A stretch of 64,000 nt of DNA from Candidatus Poribacteria bacterium (GTDB lineage Bacteria > Poribacteria > WGA-4E > GCA-2687025): positions 48,226 to 112,225 of the forward strand of contig BPJZ01000007.1 in assembly GCA_026004875.1 (NCBI GenBank), written 5' to 3'. The position numbers and the translations under genes were made by a program. Under the pieces are notes generated by a model. It was not told the DNA's origin. It ran no database searches and saw only the letters and a list, made by a program, of their open reading frames with translations. Positions 9,367 to 19,114 of the stretch are shown here, one piece after another. The first letter of the stretch is position 1. Each line of letters opens with the position of its first letter.

Positions 9367-10905
9367 TCAGGGCGCCTCCTCGGCGCGAACTAGAACCGCG
9401 CACGGGTGTTCCGGCTCTCGGAGCGGATTACTCAAGCCGGTTCGGAAACCGCGCTCCTCTACCGCAACGACCGCCTCCTCCCCTGTGTAGATGTCCATCC
9501 ACAGCGCTCGGACCTCTCGGCCCTTGGGGACCGCTGTCAGATCTAACTGAACACCACCACCCTCCGGCAGATAGATCAGATACTGCCGTCCCGGCTCTGC
9601 GGAGCAGAACCCCCGGTTCACATACTCATTATCGGGGACCATCGGGTTGAGGTCTGCCCGCTCCAAGAAACGGCGAAGATGCCGATAACGCACCCACCCC
9701 GGCGGCTCCGGCTCGTACTTGATCAGGTCCCAAGCGGTGTTGTTGTAGTAGTAACAGGGGTAACCCCCTCCCAGGTAGATCGCCCAGGTCCACCGGAGCA
9801 CCGTCTGCCAATCGGCGGTCGTGCGGCTCTGGTAGGTTTTGATCTCCTCGACGCCCCGCTCGTAGCCGTACTCGATGTTCATATACGGCGCCTCTCGGAG
9901 CCGCCAACGACGGATCGCCTCGCGGTTGTAGGCGTCCTCGTCGCCCAGGTGGATCTGATCCGAAGTAAAGTCGGCGGCCAGATCGGTCCGGCTCAGGTGT
10001 GCCGGAGAGTTCCCCACTGGATCGTGTACGGTGACCAGATGGCCGTAGGCGTCGTGCCGCCGAATGAATTCAATCCGATCGATGGGATACTCCGGATCGT
10101 TGTACTTGCGAACATAGTTGTAGCTCTCCTTACCCACGTCCCAGATGACGTTGCAGAAGGCCTGATAACGGGCCAGAACGTATCGCCAATACAGGTCGTC
10201 CTCCGGCGAGCGGAGCGCCGGCCAGTTCACCCGCTTGTTATGGACGTGAATCATCAGGTGAGCGGTGATCCCCCGCTCGTGAAGCCCTCGGATTGTCTCG
10301 TCCAGGTCCCGATAGAAGGCCAGGTTGGGACGGCTGTGATCCGGCGCGTCGTTGGTGCCCTCCCAAGCGTAAAGCTTCGGTGGCCCAAAGACCCAGGGAT
10401 GCGCCGGATCGGAGAAGCCCGTGTGAGCGTAAACGTTCATCACCACGTGGTTAAAACCTCGGTCGGAGATCCGATCGAGAAGCTCCCCAAACAGCTCCGG
10501 ACGCTCCTGATGGAAAGCAAAGAGCCAGTCGCATTCAAAGCCAAGCGGAACGTAAGGGGTGCCGTCTTCAAAGCGGAACCGATGGGGGTACTCCAAGTCT
10601 ATCTGAACCCGACCGTGAAGACGCGGATTCTCGTTGGGAAGGCACTCGATTGGCTCCAGCTCCCTTCCGTTCAGCTCCGGGTCCTCCGAGCGGAGAACCC
10701 CTCGCCAGATTCCCAACAGGAATGGAGAAAACCGCACCTTCCAGGTGCTGTCTCCGTCGTAGAAGCCCGGCAGACCGGAGAGTTTCGCGCCCGTCTCGTG
10801 CTCAAAGTCGGCCTTCAACTCGACGAGAAAAGGGTTCGGCTGCTTCGTCTCGCTCTTCAGAGAAAAATCGTGAACTTCGTAAAGAGGAACACTCGTCAAA
10901 GGCAT
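9367..10905 (-). CDS. putative glycoside hydrolase (DUF4038/DUF5060-like TIM-barrel)
   Basis: 512 aa. Resembles the DUF4038/DUF5060 putative glycosidases (GH140-like) in length and conserved Trp/His/Glu-rich blocks. Assignment is by family resemblance only. Confidence 0.5.
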   Translation of the reverse strand: MPLTSVPLYEVHDFSLKSETKQPNPFLVELKADFEHETGAKLSGLPGFYDGDSTWKVRFSPFLLGIWRGVLRSEDPELNGRELEPIECLPNENPRLHGRVQIDLEYPHRFRFEDGTPYVPLGFECDWLFAFHQERPELFGELLDRISDRGFNHVVMNVYAHTGFSDPAHPWVFGPPKLYAWEGTNDAPDHSRPNLAFYRDLDETIRGLHERGITAHLMIHVHNKRVNWPALRSPEDDLYWRYVLARYQAFCNVIWDVGKESYNYVRKYNDPEYPIDRIEFIRRHDAYGHLVTVHDPVGNSPAHLSRTDLAADFTSDQIHLGDEDAYNREAIRRWRLREAPYMNIEYGYERGVEEIKTYQSRTTADWQTVLRWTWAIYLGGGYPCYYYNNTAWDLIKYEPEPPGWVRYRHLRRFLERADLNPMVPDNEYVNRGFCSAEPGRQYLIYLPEGGGVQLDLTAVPKGREVRALWMDIYTGEEAVVAVEERGFRTGLSNPLREPEHPCAVLVRAEEAP

Positions 10906-10937
10906 AGATGTTCCTTTCGGTTTCGATACCAGGGCGA

Positions 10938-11789
10938 CTACGGACGCATCTTAGCGATCAGCCGAAACTTGGGGATCGCGTACTCCATGCGCACCACCTC
11001 TGCCCGTTGCCCGCTGGACTTGGGACGGATCCAAAAGAGCAACGTTGCGTCCTTCCGTGTGATATGGTTGGTCAGCAGATCGGAGGAATAGGGCCGTACC
11101 GCCCGCTGCACCAGCCGCGACGTGAAGCGCACCTCCCAAAACAGACCATCGTGAGTGCGAATACGGCGCGTTCGTCGAGCCGTAGCCTGCCACAGGTCTC
11201 CATTGGCGTCAACGAGCAGGGAGAGGACCGGCTCCGCGTCGAAGTCGTGGCGGCGAATCCGTTCATAGGCCGAAAAGAGGGTATGGGTCGGGCCAAGAAG
11301 GGGTTGTTCCCACGTCTCCCCCTGGAAGTGGGCCCGATACCGCGCAACACCCCGGACCTGATCGTAGAAGATCGAGGTCTCCTCCTGGAACTGGGCCTCT
11401 TGGCAGAGTTTTTCGTACCGAAGCGGCAATCCACTTCCCGGATCCAGAAAGACGGTGTAGCGGTTGCGCACCGGATAGATGCGATCGGCAAACCCGACGG
11501 TCTCAGCGACGACCTCTAAGGCCGGTTGCGCCGGCGAGTTGGCGGCGTTCAGCCACCGGAATTCGGCGTGAACGACCGCCAGCCCAAACAGCTCAATCTC
11601 GTAGCGAACGATCGGTTCCGCAAGCGCCCCCCGCTCGCCTCCCAAGGTCAAGAGCAAAACCAACGCCCAGAGGAGCCTAAGAAGAAAACGCCGGCGTTGG
11701 TGACGAACCTCTGTTGTGCTAGGATGGAGCGCGCCAGAAGGGAGAGCGTTCCTACGCGGACCGGCGCAGAAGGAGACGATTCGATGCAA
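10938..11789 (-). CDS. DUF3108-like secreted protein; start uncertain
   Basis: Signal-peptide-like RRRFLLRLLWALVLLLTLGG. No ATG or GTG lies in frame just upstream of it; the nearest candidate is TTG at 11789. Confidence 0.4.
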   Translation of the reverse strand: MHRIVSFCAGPRRNALPSGALHPSTTEVRHQRRRFLLRLLWALVLLLTLGGERGALAEPIVRYEIELFGLAVVHAEFRWLNAANSPAQPALEVVAETVGFADRIYPVRNRYTVFLDPGSGLPLRYEKLCQEAQFQEETSIFYDQVRGVARYRAHFQGETWEQPLLGPTHTLFSAYERIRRHDFDAEPVLSLLVDANGDLWQATARRTRRIRTHDGLFWEVRFTSRLVQRAVRPYSSDLLTNHITRKDATLLFWIRPKSSGQRAEVVRMEYAIPKFRLIAKMRP

Positions 11790-12807
11790 CGACGAGTACC
11801 CCGGGTGCTTTACGTTTGTACGCCAAGCCACACACGTCGGGTCTTCCGTCCGGAGGACTACGCGCGTCTGGAGGCCCATTTTGACTTTGAGGCCAATCCC
11901 CAGGACCGGAACCTGACCTCCGAGGAGGTTGCCGAACGGATCCGAGGCGTAGACGCTCTGATCACCGGTTGGGGCGCTCCGCGGATTACCCCGGAGGTGA
12001 TGGCCAACGCGGATCGGCTCCGGCTGATCGCTCACTCCGCCGGATCGGTCAAAGCCTTGTTGGGGGAGGTGATCGAGACGATTCGCGAGCGAGGGATCCG
12101 CGTCTTTAGCGCCAATCGGGCGATCGCGCTCAACGTCGCTGAGACGACCATCGGAGCGATGATCTTCACTGTGCGCCGATGGTACGACCACATCACTCAT
12201 ACTCGTAGCGGCGGCTGGAAAAGCCCCGAAATTCCCAGCAACGGCCAGTTTCTGCGCGGGGCGACCGTGGGGCTGGTCTCGGCCAGCACCGTTACGCGGG
12301 AGGTGCTCCCGCTGCTGCGCCCTTTTGACGTGCGAATCCTTGTCTATGACCCTTACCTTTCCGACTACGACGCGGGCCGTCTAGGCGTTGAGCGGGGTGG
12401 ACGACCTGAACGACCTCTTCGCCCGCTCGGATATTGTCAGCCTGCACGCTCCGGCGATTCCGGAGACCGAGAAGATGGTCGGCGAGGAGCAATTGCGCCG
12501 TCTTCGTCCCGGCGCGGTGCTGATCAACACCGCGCGGGGAGCGCTGATCGATCACGAGGCGCTCTATCGAGTGGCCCAGGAGGGAAAGATTCAGGTCTTC
12601 TTAGACGTCACCCTGCCGGAGCCGCTCCCTGCCGAGCATCCGCTCCGTCGGCTTCCCAACGTCTATATTACGCCCCATATGGCCGGTACGGGTTACTATG
12701 GTTATTGGCGGATCGGCGCCTGGACGGTACAGGCGGTAGAGAACTTCTTTGCCGATCGGCCTTTTGAAGGGGAGGTGGACCTTTCCCGTTGGGAGCAGTT
12801 GGCATGA
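11784..12807 (+). pseudogene. D-isomer-specific 2-hydroxyacid dehydrogenase with an apparent +1 frameshift in the GGGG run at 12394-12397; probably an intact gene with a homopolymer base-call error
   Basis: N-terminal catalytic and NAD-binding part in frame 11784-12390, ending at ...RLGVER. The C-terminal part (DIVSLHAP...INTARG...NVYITPHMAGTG) is in the +1 frame, 12388-12807. Deleting one G gives the continuous sequence GVERVDDLNDLF. Confidence 0.75.
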
Positions 12808-13529
12808 GAGTGCCGCCCAAGTCTCCCCCGCGCCACCACTGGCGGATCGCCCACCGCGGGGCTTCGGCGTACGAGCCGGAGAACACCCTCCGGGCCTTTC
12901 GGCGCGCCTTGGAGCTTGGAGCCGATGGGATCGAGCTCGACGTGCACCTCTCCCAAGACGGCCACCCGGTCGTCATTCACGACGCCTCGGTCGAGAAGAC
13001 GACCGATGGGAAAGGTCTGGTCGCCGAGATGAGCCTGGAGGAGCTGCGTCGTCTGGACGCCGGCAAGGGCGAGCGCATCCCCACGCTCGAAGAAGTGCTC
13101 CACGAGTTCGGGGGGCACTGCTTGCTGCTGATCGAGTTAAAGGGCGAGGGAACGCCCCAAGCGGTCGTCGAGACGGTGCGACGGCATCGGTTAGAAAACT
13201 GGGTCATCCTCAGCTCGTTCGACCCGACCAAGGTGGCCGCCGTCAAAGAGATCGCGCCGGAGTTGGAGACCTCCGTCCTGACCGGTAGCTGGGAGGTTGA
13301 CTTTGTGGCGTTAGCAGAGGAGGCACGGGCCGACTGCATCCAGTTTGGCTGGGAGCGGCACCCGGCGCCCCACACGCTATTGACGCCAGAGCTGTTCCAA
13401 CGGGCTCAGGAGGCCGGCCTGCGAGTCCTTTGCTGGCACGAAGAACGGCCCCACGTGATCGCCGCGCTCAGCCGAATGCCGGTCTACGGCATCTGCAGCG
13501 ACCGGCCGGACCTGCTCGTTAAAGATTGA
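12804..13529 (+). CDS. glycerophosphodiester phosphodiesterase
   Basis: HRGASAYEPENTLRAFRRALELGADGIELDVHLSQDGHPVVIHD signature. ATG overlaps the upstream TGA. Confidence 0.8.
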   Translation: MRVPPKSPPRHHWRIAHRGASAYEPENTLRAFRRALELGADGIELDVHLSQDGHPVVIHDASVEKTTDGKGLVAEMSLEELRRLDAGKGERIPTLEEVLHEFGGHCLLLIELKGEGTPQAVVETVRRHRLENWVILSSFDPTKVAAVKEIAPELETSVLTGSWEVDFVALAEEARADCIQFGWERHPAPHTLLTPELFQRAQEAGLRVLCWHEERPHVIAALSRMPVYGICSDRPDLLVKD

Positions 13530-14526
13530 CCTCGCTCATCACCTCGGCCAACTCAACGGCGGCGTTCCGCTCGTGAGAGCGGCCGCAAGCTTCGATGATC
13601 GCCAGCGTCGTGAGGTTATTCCGGCCAGAGATGCCCGGCTCGACCCCCTCGGTGATGTAGCGGTACACGTCGTTGATCACCCCCTGCTCGGAACGGGGGA
13701 CCTCCAGCAGTGGAACCGCCTCGGCCTCGTTGGAGTTGATCGGACGATACTCGATCCCGCGCACGTCGTGGGCCCGGAGCGTCCCCGTCGTTGTGTGAAT
13801 CCACGTCCGATGCCAGTTGTTCTGACCGATATGAGTCAGGCTGTAGGTGCAGGTGACCCCGTTCTGGAAGGTGATCACCGCGCTCACGCCCGCGTCGTGC
13901 GGAGCGTATTTGCTCCAAGGGGCGCTGAAGGTTCGCGCGATCACCGATTCCGCCGGCCCAAACCAGAAGACCAGATTGTCAAAGTGATGGCAGCTCATGT
14001 CCCAGAGCATCGCGTTCTTATAGTTCAGCGTGCGGGGCTCCGGACGGTACCGGTGATGAATCAGGTCCATAAAGGCCGGAGTGCCGTACTTCTCCGTCCC
14101 AAAGAGCGTCTTCATCGTCTGCTCGACGGGGAAATAACGGTAGTTCTGAGAGACGCAGAACTTCACGCCGGCCTCCTGGGCCTCGCGGACTAGGGCGATC
14201 GCCGTCGGCCAGTCCTGGGTCATCCCCTTCTCGGTGAGCACGTGAAGGCCGTGAGCAAACCCGATCCGGGCGAAAGGTGCATGGGTGGCCGTCGGCGTGC
14301 AGATGATCATCAGATCGGCGGGGACGGATCGAACGGCCTGCTCCAGGTCGCGAAAGCAAGCCGACTCCGGCAGGCCGGTGGCCTGTCGCGCCGCGGCCAA
14401 GAAGTTCTCGTTGATGTCCACCAAGGCTACCGACTCGAAACGGGGATCGTTTCCGATCACCTCTAACGGCCAGCGCCCGCGCCCCCCGGTACCGACGTGA
14501 ACGACGCGAAGCTTCTCTTCTGCCAT
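13519..14526 (-). CDS. Gfo/Idh/MocA family oxidoreductase
   Basis: N-terminal LRVVHVGTGGRG Rossmann motif and family-typical length. Confidence 0.8.
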   Translation of the reverse strand: MAEEKLRVVHVGTGGRGRWPLEVIGNDPRFESVALVDINENFLAAARQATGLPESACFRDLEQAVRSVPADLMIICTPTATHAPFARIGFAHGLHVLTEKGMTQDWPTAIALVREAQEAGVKFCVSQNYRYFPVEQTMKTLFGTEKYGTPAFMDLIHHRYRPEPRTLNYKNAMLWDMSCHHFDNLVFWFGPAESVIARTFSAPWSKYAPHDAGVSAVITFQNGVTCTYSLTHIGQNNWHRTWIHTTTGTLRAHDVRGIEYRPINSNEAEAVPLLEVPRSEQGVINDVYRYITEGVEPGISGRNNLTTLAIIEACGRSHERNAAVELAEVMSEVNL

Positions 14527-14625
14527 GGAAGCGCTCCCTAGTTAGATAAAACCTCCGGCTCCTGATGTAGCGACGATTATTTCAAAGCTCTCCAGAGAAC
14601 GCAATCCAACCGTGCCGCTCCGCTC

Positions 14626-14654
14626 TTGACCCACCCTGAGTGAAGGCGTACAGT
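14626..14654 (+). promoter_or_regulatory. sigma70-like promoter for the downstream Gfo/Idh/MocA gene
   Basis: TTGACC at 14626-14631 and TACAGT at 14649-14654, 17-nt spacer, in the divergent intergenic region. Confidence 0.35.
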
Positions 14655-14712
14655 GCCGACCAAGAAGACCTACAAAACGCCGATCGGTCGACCTTTCTGA
14701 GGAGTGGAACCG

Positions 14713-15750
14713 GTGAAGAACGTCGCGATTGTCGGATTTGGTTATGCGGGACGCGCCTTTCACGCCTATCTCATCGGCCTGGAGCCAGGCCTGAACCTGT
14801 ACGCGATCGCCACGCGCAACCCGGAACGACAGGCACAGGCCCGGGAGCTGTATCCCAACGTGAAGGTGGTTTCTACCCTCCAGGAGGTGTTGGAGGACCC
14901 TCAGGTGGACCTGGTCGTCCTGGCGACACCACACGACACCCATTGCGAACTGGCCATCCAGGCGATGAACGCCGGCAAGCACGTGGTCACCGATAAGATC
15001 GTGGCGATGAACGCCGAAGAGACGATCCGAATGGCCCAAGCCGCCGAGTGTAACGGCGTCCTGTTCTCCGTTTTCCACAACCGCCGCTGGGATTGGGACT
15101 TCCTGACGCTGAAAAAGGCGATCGCCGAGGGCTACCTGGGCGAGCCGTACCTTTTCGAGTCGGCGATTATGCGGTACGGCAAACCGGGCGGATGGCGAGC
15201 GATCAAGGCCCAGAGCGGAGGCATCCTTTACGACTGGGGCGCCCACCTGATGGACCAAGCGCTCCTGCTAGTGGACTCCAAGATCGCTAGCGTCTACTGC
15301 CAAATTCAGTACCGCCGGGAGGACACCGATATCGGTAGCTACGGCATGGTCAACCTGAACTTTGAAAACGGGGTTATCTTCCGCGTGGAATTAGGGAACC
15401 TCTCGGCGTATCCTCGTCCCCGGTTCCAGGTCTTTGGGGATCGGGGAGCCTTTGTAAAGACTGGGATTGACCCTCAGGAACACTACATGCGTCAGGGACG
15501 GATTGACGAAGCGGAGGAGGAACCGGAACACCAGGCACGAATCTGGACGATCGAAGACGGACGCCCGCGCGAGTTCCGAATGCCCAGCGTCCGGGGCTCC
15601 TGGCGGAGCTACTACCGGAACATCGCCGCCGCCCTAAACGAGGGGGCGCCGTTGGAGGTCACTCCTGAACAGATGATCCGGCTGATGAAAGTCTACGACG
15701 CAGCGATGCTCTCCTCGGAATCGGGGCAGGCGATCCCGCTGGGCATCTGA
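14713..15750 (+). CDS. Gfo/Idh/MocA family oxidoreductase
   Basis: VKNVAIVGFGYAGRAFH N-terminal motif. GTG 14713 lies 9 nt after GAGGAG; an alternative GTG is at 14704. Confidence 0.8.
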   Translation: MKNVAIVGFGYAGRAFHAYLIGLEPGLNLYAIATRNPERQAQARELYPNVKVVSTLQEVLEDPQVDLVVLATPHDTHCELAIQAMNAGKHVVTDKIVAMNAEETIRMAQAAECNGVLFSVFHNRRWDWDFLTLKKAIAEGYLGEPYLFESAIMRYGKPGGWRAIKAQSGGILYDWGAHLMDQALLLVDSKIASVYCQIQYRREDTDIGSYGMVNLNFENGVIFRVELGNLSAYPRPRFQVFGDRGAFVKTGIDPQEHYMRQGRIDEAEEEPEHQARIWTIEDGRPREFRMPSVRGSWRSYYRNIAAALNEGAPLEVTPEQMIRLMKVYDAAMLSSESGQAIPLGI

Positions 15751-15755
15751 GCGGT

Positions 15756-16184
15756 TCAATCCCCGAACATGACGATCAGCGGGATCAGCAATCCGGCCAG
15801 ACCGGTCGCCAAAATTCCGATCTGATAGAGCCGGTACCGACTGCTGTAGCTGCTCAGCAACGCCGAATTGTAGTACCGTTCAATCCCCTGATCGGTATAG
15901 AGCCGGAGGAGCCCTCGCAGAAGGGTGGCCTTGATCTTCTCTCCGCGTCGAAGACCGATCAGAGCGATTCCGTTGATGACGACGGCCAGGAGGATCAGCA
16001 CCACAAAGACGCAGCGATCGGTTGGAGAGTCGGAGCCGGCTAGTGCCGAGTTGACGCTGACCAGTAAGAGATTCATCCCCAGTGCCAGGAGCACGAAAAC
16101 CGTCTCGTTCCGGGCGTTTTGCCGGAGCTCCTGAAGCATATGTTCATGAAGCCGCTCGATCATGATCTCTCCTCTCAAGAGCAA
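15756..16184 (-). CDS. hypothetical membrane protein
   Basis: 142-aa ORF with 3-4 predicted TM helices. Codon usage fits the genome. Confidence 0.4.
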   Translation of the reverse strand: MLLRGEIMIERLHEHMLQELRQNARNETVFVLLALGMNLLLVSVNSALAGSDSPTDRCVFVVLILLAVVINGIALIGLRRGEKIKATLLRGLLRLYTDQGIERYYNSALLSSYSSRYRLYQIGILATGLAGLLIPLIVMFGD

Positions 16185-16274
16185 ACGTGGCGCCCGATTG
16201 GGCCGTTGAGTAGCAACAGGGGTATTCTCTCACAAAATGCCGAAGCGATCCCAGACCGGTAAGGCGGAGCGAGG

Positions 16275-18563
16275 ATGCGAGAGATTCTTCGAAGAGCGCT
16301 TTGGGTCTTTTGGCGCACGTTTCAGGTCGGGTTCATTTTCGGCGTGATCGTCCTTTTGGTCGGCACGGCCTATTTCGCCTACTACGTCTACAAGAAGAGC
16401 CAGGAGGTCCCCGGCCTGGAGGCGCTCGATTACGGGGAGATCAAGACCTGGCGCCAACATTCGGAGGTCTACGGGGACGCGATTCCGGTGATGCGAAACA
16501 CGGCGTACGACCACCTTCGCCGTCGCCTGGAGCGGCTGGAGTATCGGGTTGCCTCCGCCGAACGGCTGGAACCAGGCACCTATCTGGATCAGGTCGGCGC
16601 AGGGGGGAACGGTGTGCTGTTTCTTTATCCCCGTCGTTTTCCCCATCCGCGCATTCAGCAGGAGCCGCGCCTGTTTTCGATTCGGTTTCAAAACGGCCTG
16701 GTCGAGTCCATCGAGACGGAAGGGGGGCGCCGTGTCGAGGTCGCTTATCTTGAGCCGGAGTTGATCGACGAGCTGTACCCCATTGACGAGCAACTGGCCC
16801 GCCAACTGGTTCGGCTGGACGAGGTGCCCCAGGACCTGATCCACGCCTTTTTGGCAATCGAGGACCACGATTTCTACAAGCACTCGGGCGTTCACCCTCG
16901 GCGGTTTTTCGTTGCGGCGGTTCGGAACGTGCTTTATGGGCGGCTGTATGGAGCCAGCACGATCACTCAACAGCTGGCGCGGAACATCCTCCTGACGCCC
17001 GACAAGCAGATCGAGCGGAAGGTCAAGGAGTGGATCCTCGCCATTCGGATCGAAAGGCGCTACTCCAAGGACGAGATTCTCGAGCGCTACCTGAACTTCA
17101 TCGACTTTGGGCGCCGGTACAACCGGACGTTGTTTGGGGTCAAAGAGGCGGCCCGGTACTTCTTCGACAAGGACGTCCGCGACCTGACGCTAGTGGAGTG
17201 CGCGACGTTAGCGGCCATCCCCAACGCCCCAACCCGCTATTCGCCGGTGCTTCATCCGGAGAACGCGCGCCGACGAAGGAATCTCGTCCTGCGGCAGATG
17301 CTCCGATTGGGGTACATCTCCCAGGAGCAGTACGCCCGCGCGGTAGCCCAACCGCTTCAGGTTGCCGAGCTCAGCCGTCAGGTGGTGCGCGGGAGCGCGC
17401 CGTACGCCTCCGCTTACGTCCGTTCGCTCCTGGAGGCGCGATACTCCCAGGAGGAGCTATACGGCAGCGGCTTGCGGGTGTACACGACACTAGACCCGCT
17501 CTTTCAGGAGGAGGCGGTCCGGGCCGTTCGTGAGCACCTTCGACGACTGGACGCGGAGCTTGGCTACCAACCCTACGAGGAGGTGCGGGAACAGGTCCGG
17601 GCAAAGCTGGTCCCACCTGAAGTCCTCCGAGAGTACATCCAGGCCGGATTGGTCTCCCTAGAGGCCCAGACCGGCTTTGTCCGGGCGCTGGTAGGAGGGC
17701 GCGATTTCGAGTACAACCAGTACAATCACGTGACTCAGGCGCGGCGACAACCTGGGTCGGTCTTCAAGCCGATCGTTTACACCGCAGCCTGGCGACAGGG
17801 GTTCCGTCCTAGCGACACGATCATTGATGAGCCGTGGTCGTTGTGGGTGAACAACAAAGGCTGGACGCCAACAAACTACCACGAGGGTCGGTACTACGGG
17901 CTGGTCTCCTTGGAAGAGGCCCTTCAGCGTTCGCTAAATGTTGCCACAGCGCGACTGGTCAACGATCCGGAGATTCCTCACGTCGGCGTGCAGGCGGTCG
18001 TCCGAACGGCGCGGGACCTGGGAATTACCAGCCCGTTGCCACCGCTGCCCTCGTTGGCGCTGGGCGCCGCCGAGGTGACGCTGCTGGAGATCACCGCGGC
18101 CTATACCGCCTTTGCAAACCTCGGGGTGCGGGCCGAGCCGATCATCATTCGATATGTCACGCGGTTTGACGGGACCGTCCTGGAGGAGCGGGCCCCTCTT
18201 CGGGAGCAGGCGATCGAACCGGAGGTGGCCTACACGACAACGCGGGTGTTGCAGGGTGTCCTGGACAAGCCGTTCGGCACCGGCTACCGAGTGCGCTCTG
18301 AGTTTGGCTACCGGCATCCTGCTGCGGGGAAGACCGGTACGACTTCCGAGTTCACCGACGCCTGGTTTATCGGCTTTACGCCGCGCCTGGTCACCGGCAT
18401 CTGGGTCGGATTCGACGATCCGCAAAAGAAGGTTCAAAAGCCCGGCGCCGAAGGGGCGCTACCCATCTGGGCCAACTACATGATCGCTATCACGCGGGGA
18501 CCGGAAGAGAACTTTCCCGTCCCGCGAGCGCTTCAGAGCGCTGAGCAGGCTTACCTGCCATGA
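16275..18563 (+). CDS. mrcA: class A penicillin-binding protein (bifunctional transglycosylase/transpeptidase, PBP1A-type)
   Basis: N-terminal TM helix. GT51 motifs FLAIEDHDFYKHSGV and RIERRYSKDEILERYLN. Transpeptidase SVFKP and KTGTT motifs. Confidence 0.9.
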   Translation: MREILRRALWVFWRTFQVGFIFGVIVLLVGTAYFAYYVYKKSQEVPGLEALDYGEIKTWRQHSEVYGDAIPVMRNTAYDHLRRRLERLEYRVASAERLEPGTYLDQVGAGGNGVLFLYPRRFPHPRIQQEPRLFSIRFQNGLVESIETEGGRRVEVAYLEPELIDELYPIDEQLARQLVRLDEVPQDLIHAFLAIEDHDFYKHSGVHPRRFFVAAVRNVLYGRLYGASTITQQLARNILLTPDKQIERKVKEWILAIRIERRYSKDEILERYLNFIDFGRRYNRTLFGVKEAARYFFDKDVRDLTLVECATLAAIPNAPTRYSPVLHPENARRRRNLVLRQMLRLGYISQEQYARAVAQPLQVAELSRQVVRGSAPYASAYVRSLLEARYSQEELYGSGLRVYTTLDPLFQEEAVRAVREHLRRLDAELGYQPYEEVREQVRAKLVPPEVLREYIQAGLVSLEAQTGFVRALVGGRDFEYNQYNHVTQARRQPGSVFKPIVYTAAWRQGFRPSDTIIDEPWSLWVNNKGWTPTNYHEGRYYGLVSLEEALQRSLNVATARLVNDPEIPHVGVQAVVRTARDLGITSPLPPLPSLALGAAEVTLLEITAAYTAFANLGVRAEPIIIRYVTRFDGTVLEERAPLREQAIEPEVAYTTTRVLQGVLDKPFGTGYRVRSEFGYRHPAAGKTGTTSEFTDAWFIGFTPRLVTGIWVGFDDPQKKVQKPGAEGALPIWANYMIAITRGPEENFPVPRALQSAEQAYLP

Positions 18564-19114
18564 AACGGCTGGCTTTATCCGTTGCAATGTTGTTGACTCT
18601 GAGCCTGGGACCGGGTCGCGCGCACGACACTTGGCTGCCGCACCATCGGGAGGACTTTCAGGAGCTGGCCCGCCGGAAGGAGCTCCGCACCACCGTCTTG
18701 GTGATCACGATCGGATTCGCCTTATTCTTAGGGGGGCTGGTGGTCTATGTGTTTCGCTCAACGGAGCCGGCCCGTTCCTTGGAGGGGCTCAAGGAGGAAC
18801 AGGATCGGCTTCATCGGACCGTTCTGGAGGCGCTTTCCGCCGCCCGGGGGGAGCTGCGCAAGGGCGACAAAACGGAGATTCAAGCGGCGTTCTTGGACGC
18901 GTACCGAAAGGCCGCTGGGGTCTCCGCCTTGCCCGTTGCGCTGGACGAAGAAAGCTGGCAGGTTGAAGGGGACCGGGTGCGCATTCACTACCGGGCCGAG
19001 GACGGGACACTTCACGTCGAGGCGTCGGGACAGATCGGGGGAGTATCGGTTACCATCAATCAGCGCGGGGAGATCAGCTTCGAGCGGTTTACCCTGCAGC
19101 GAGCCGAAGGATGA
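18560..19114 (+). CDS. hypothetical membrane-anchored protein
   Basis: ATGA overlap with the PBP stop. N-terminal signal peptide and one further TM segment. Confidence 0.45.
   Translation: MKRLALSVAMLLTLSLGPGRAHDTWLPHHREDFQELARRKELRTTVLVITIGFALFLGGLVVYVFRSTEPARSLEGLKEEQDRLHRTVLEALSAARGELRKGDKTEIQAAFLDAYRKAAGVSALPVALDEESWQVEGDRVRIHYRAEDGTLHVEASGQIGGVSVTINQRGEISFERFTLQRAEG

Noticed and set aside
16230-16970. 246-aa minus-strand ORF overlapping the PBP1A N-terminal region
   Set aside because: Antisense to a well-supported gene and has no motifs.
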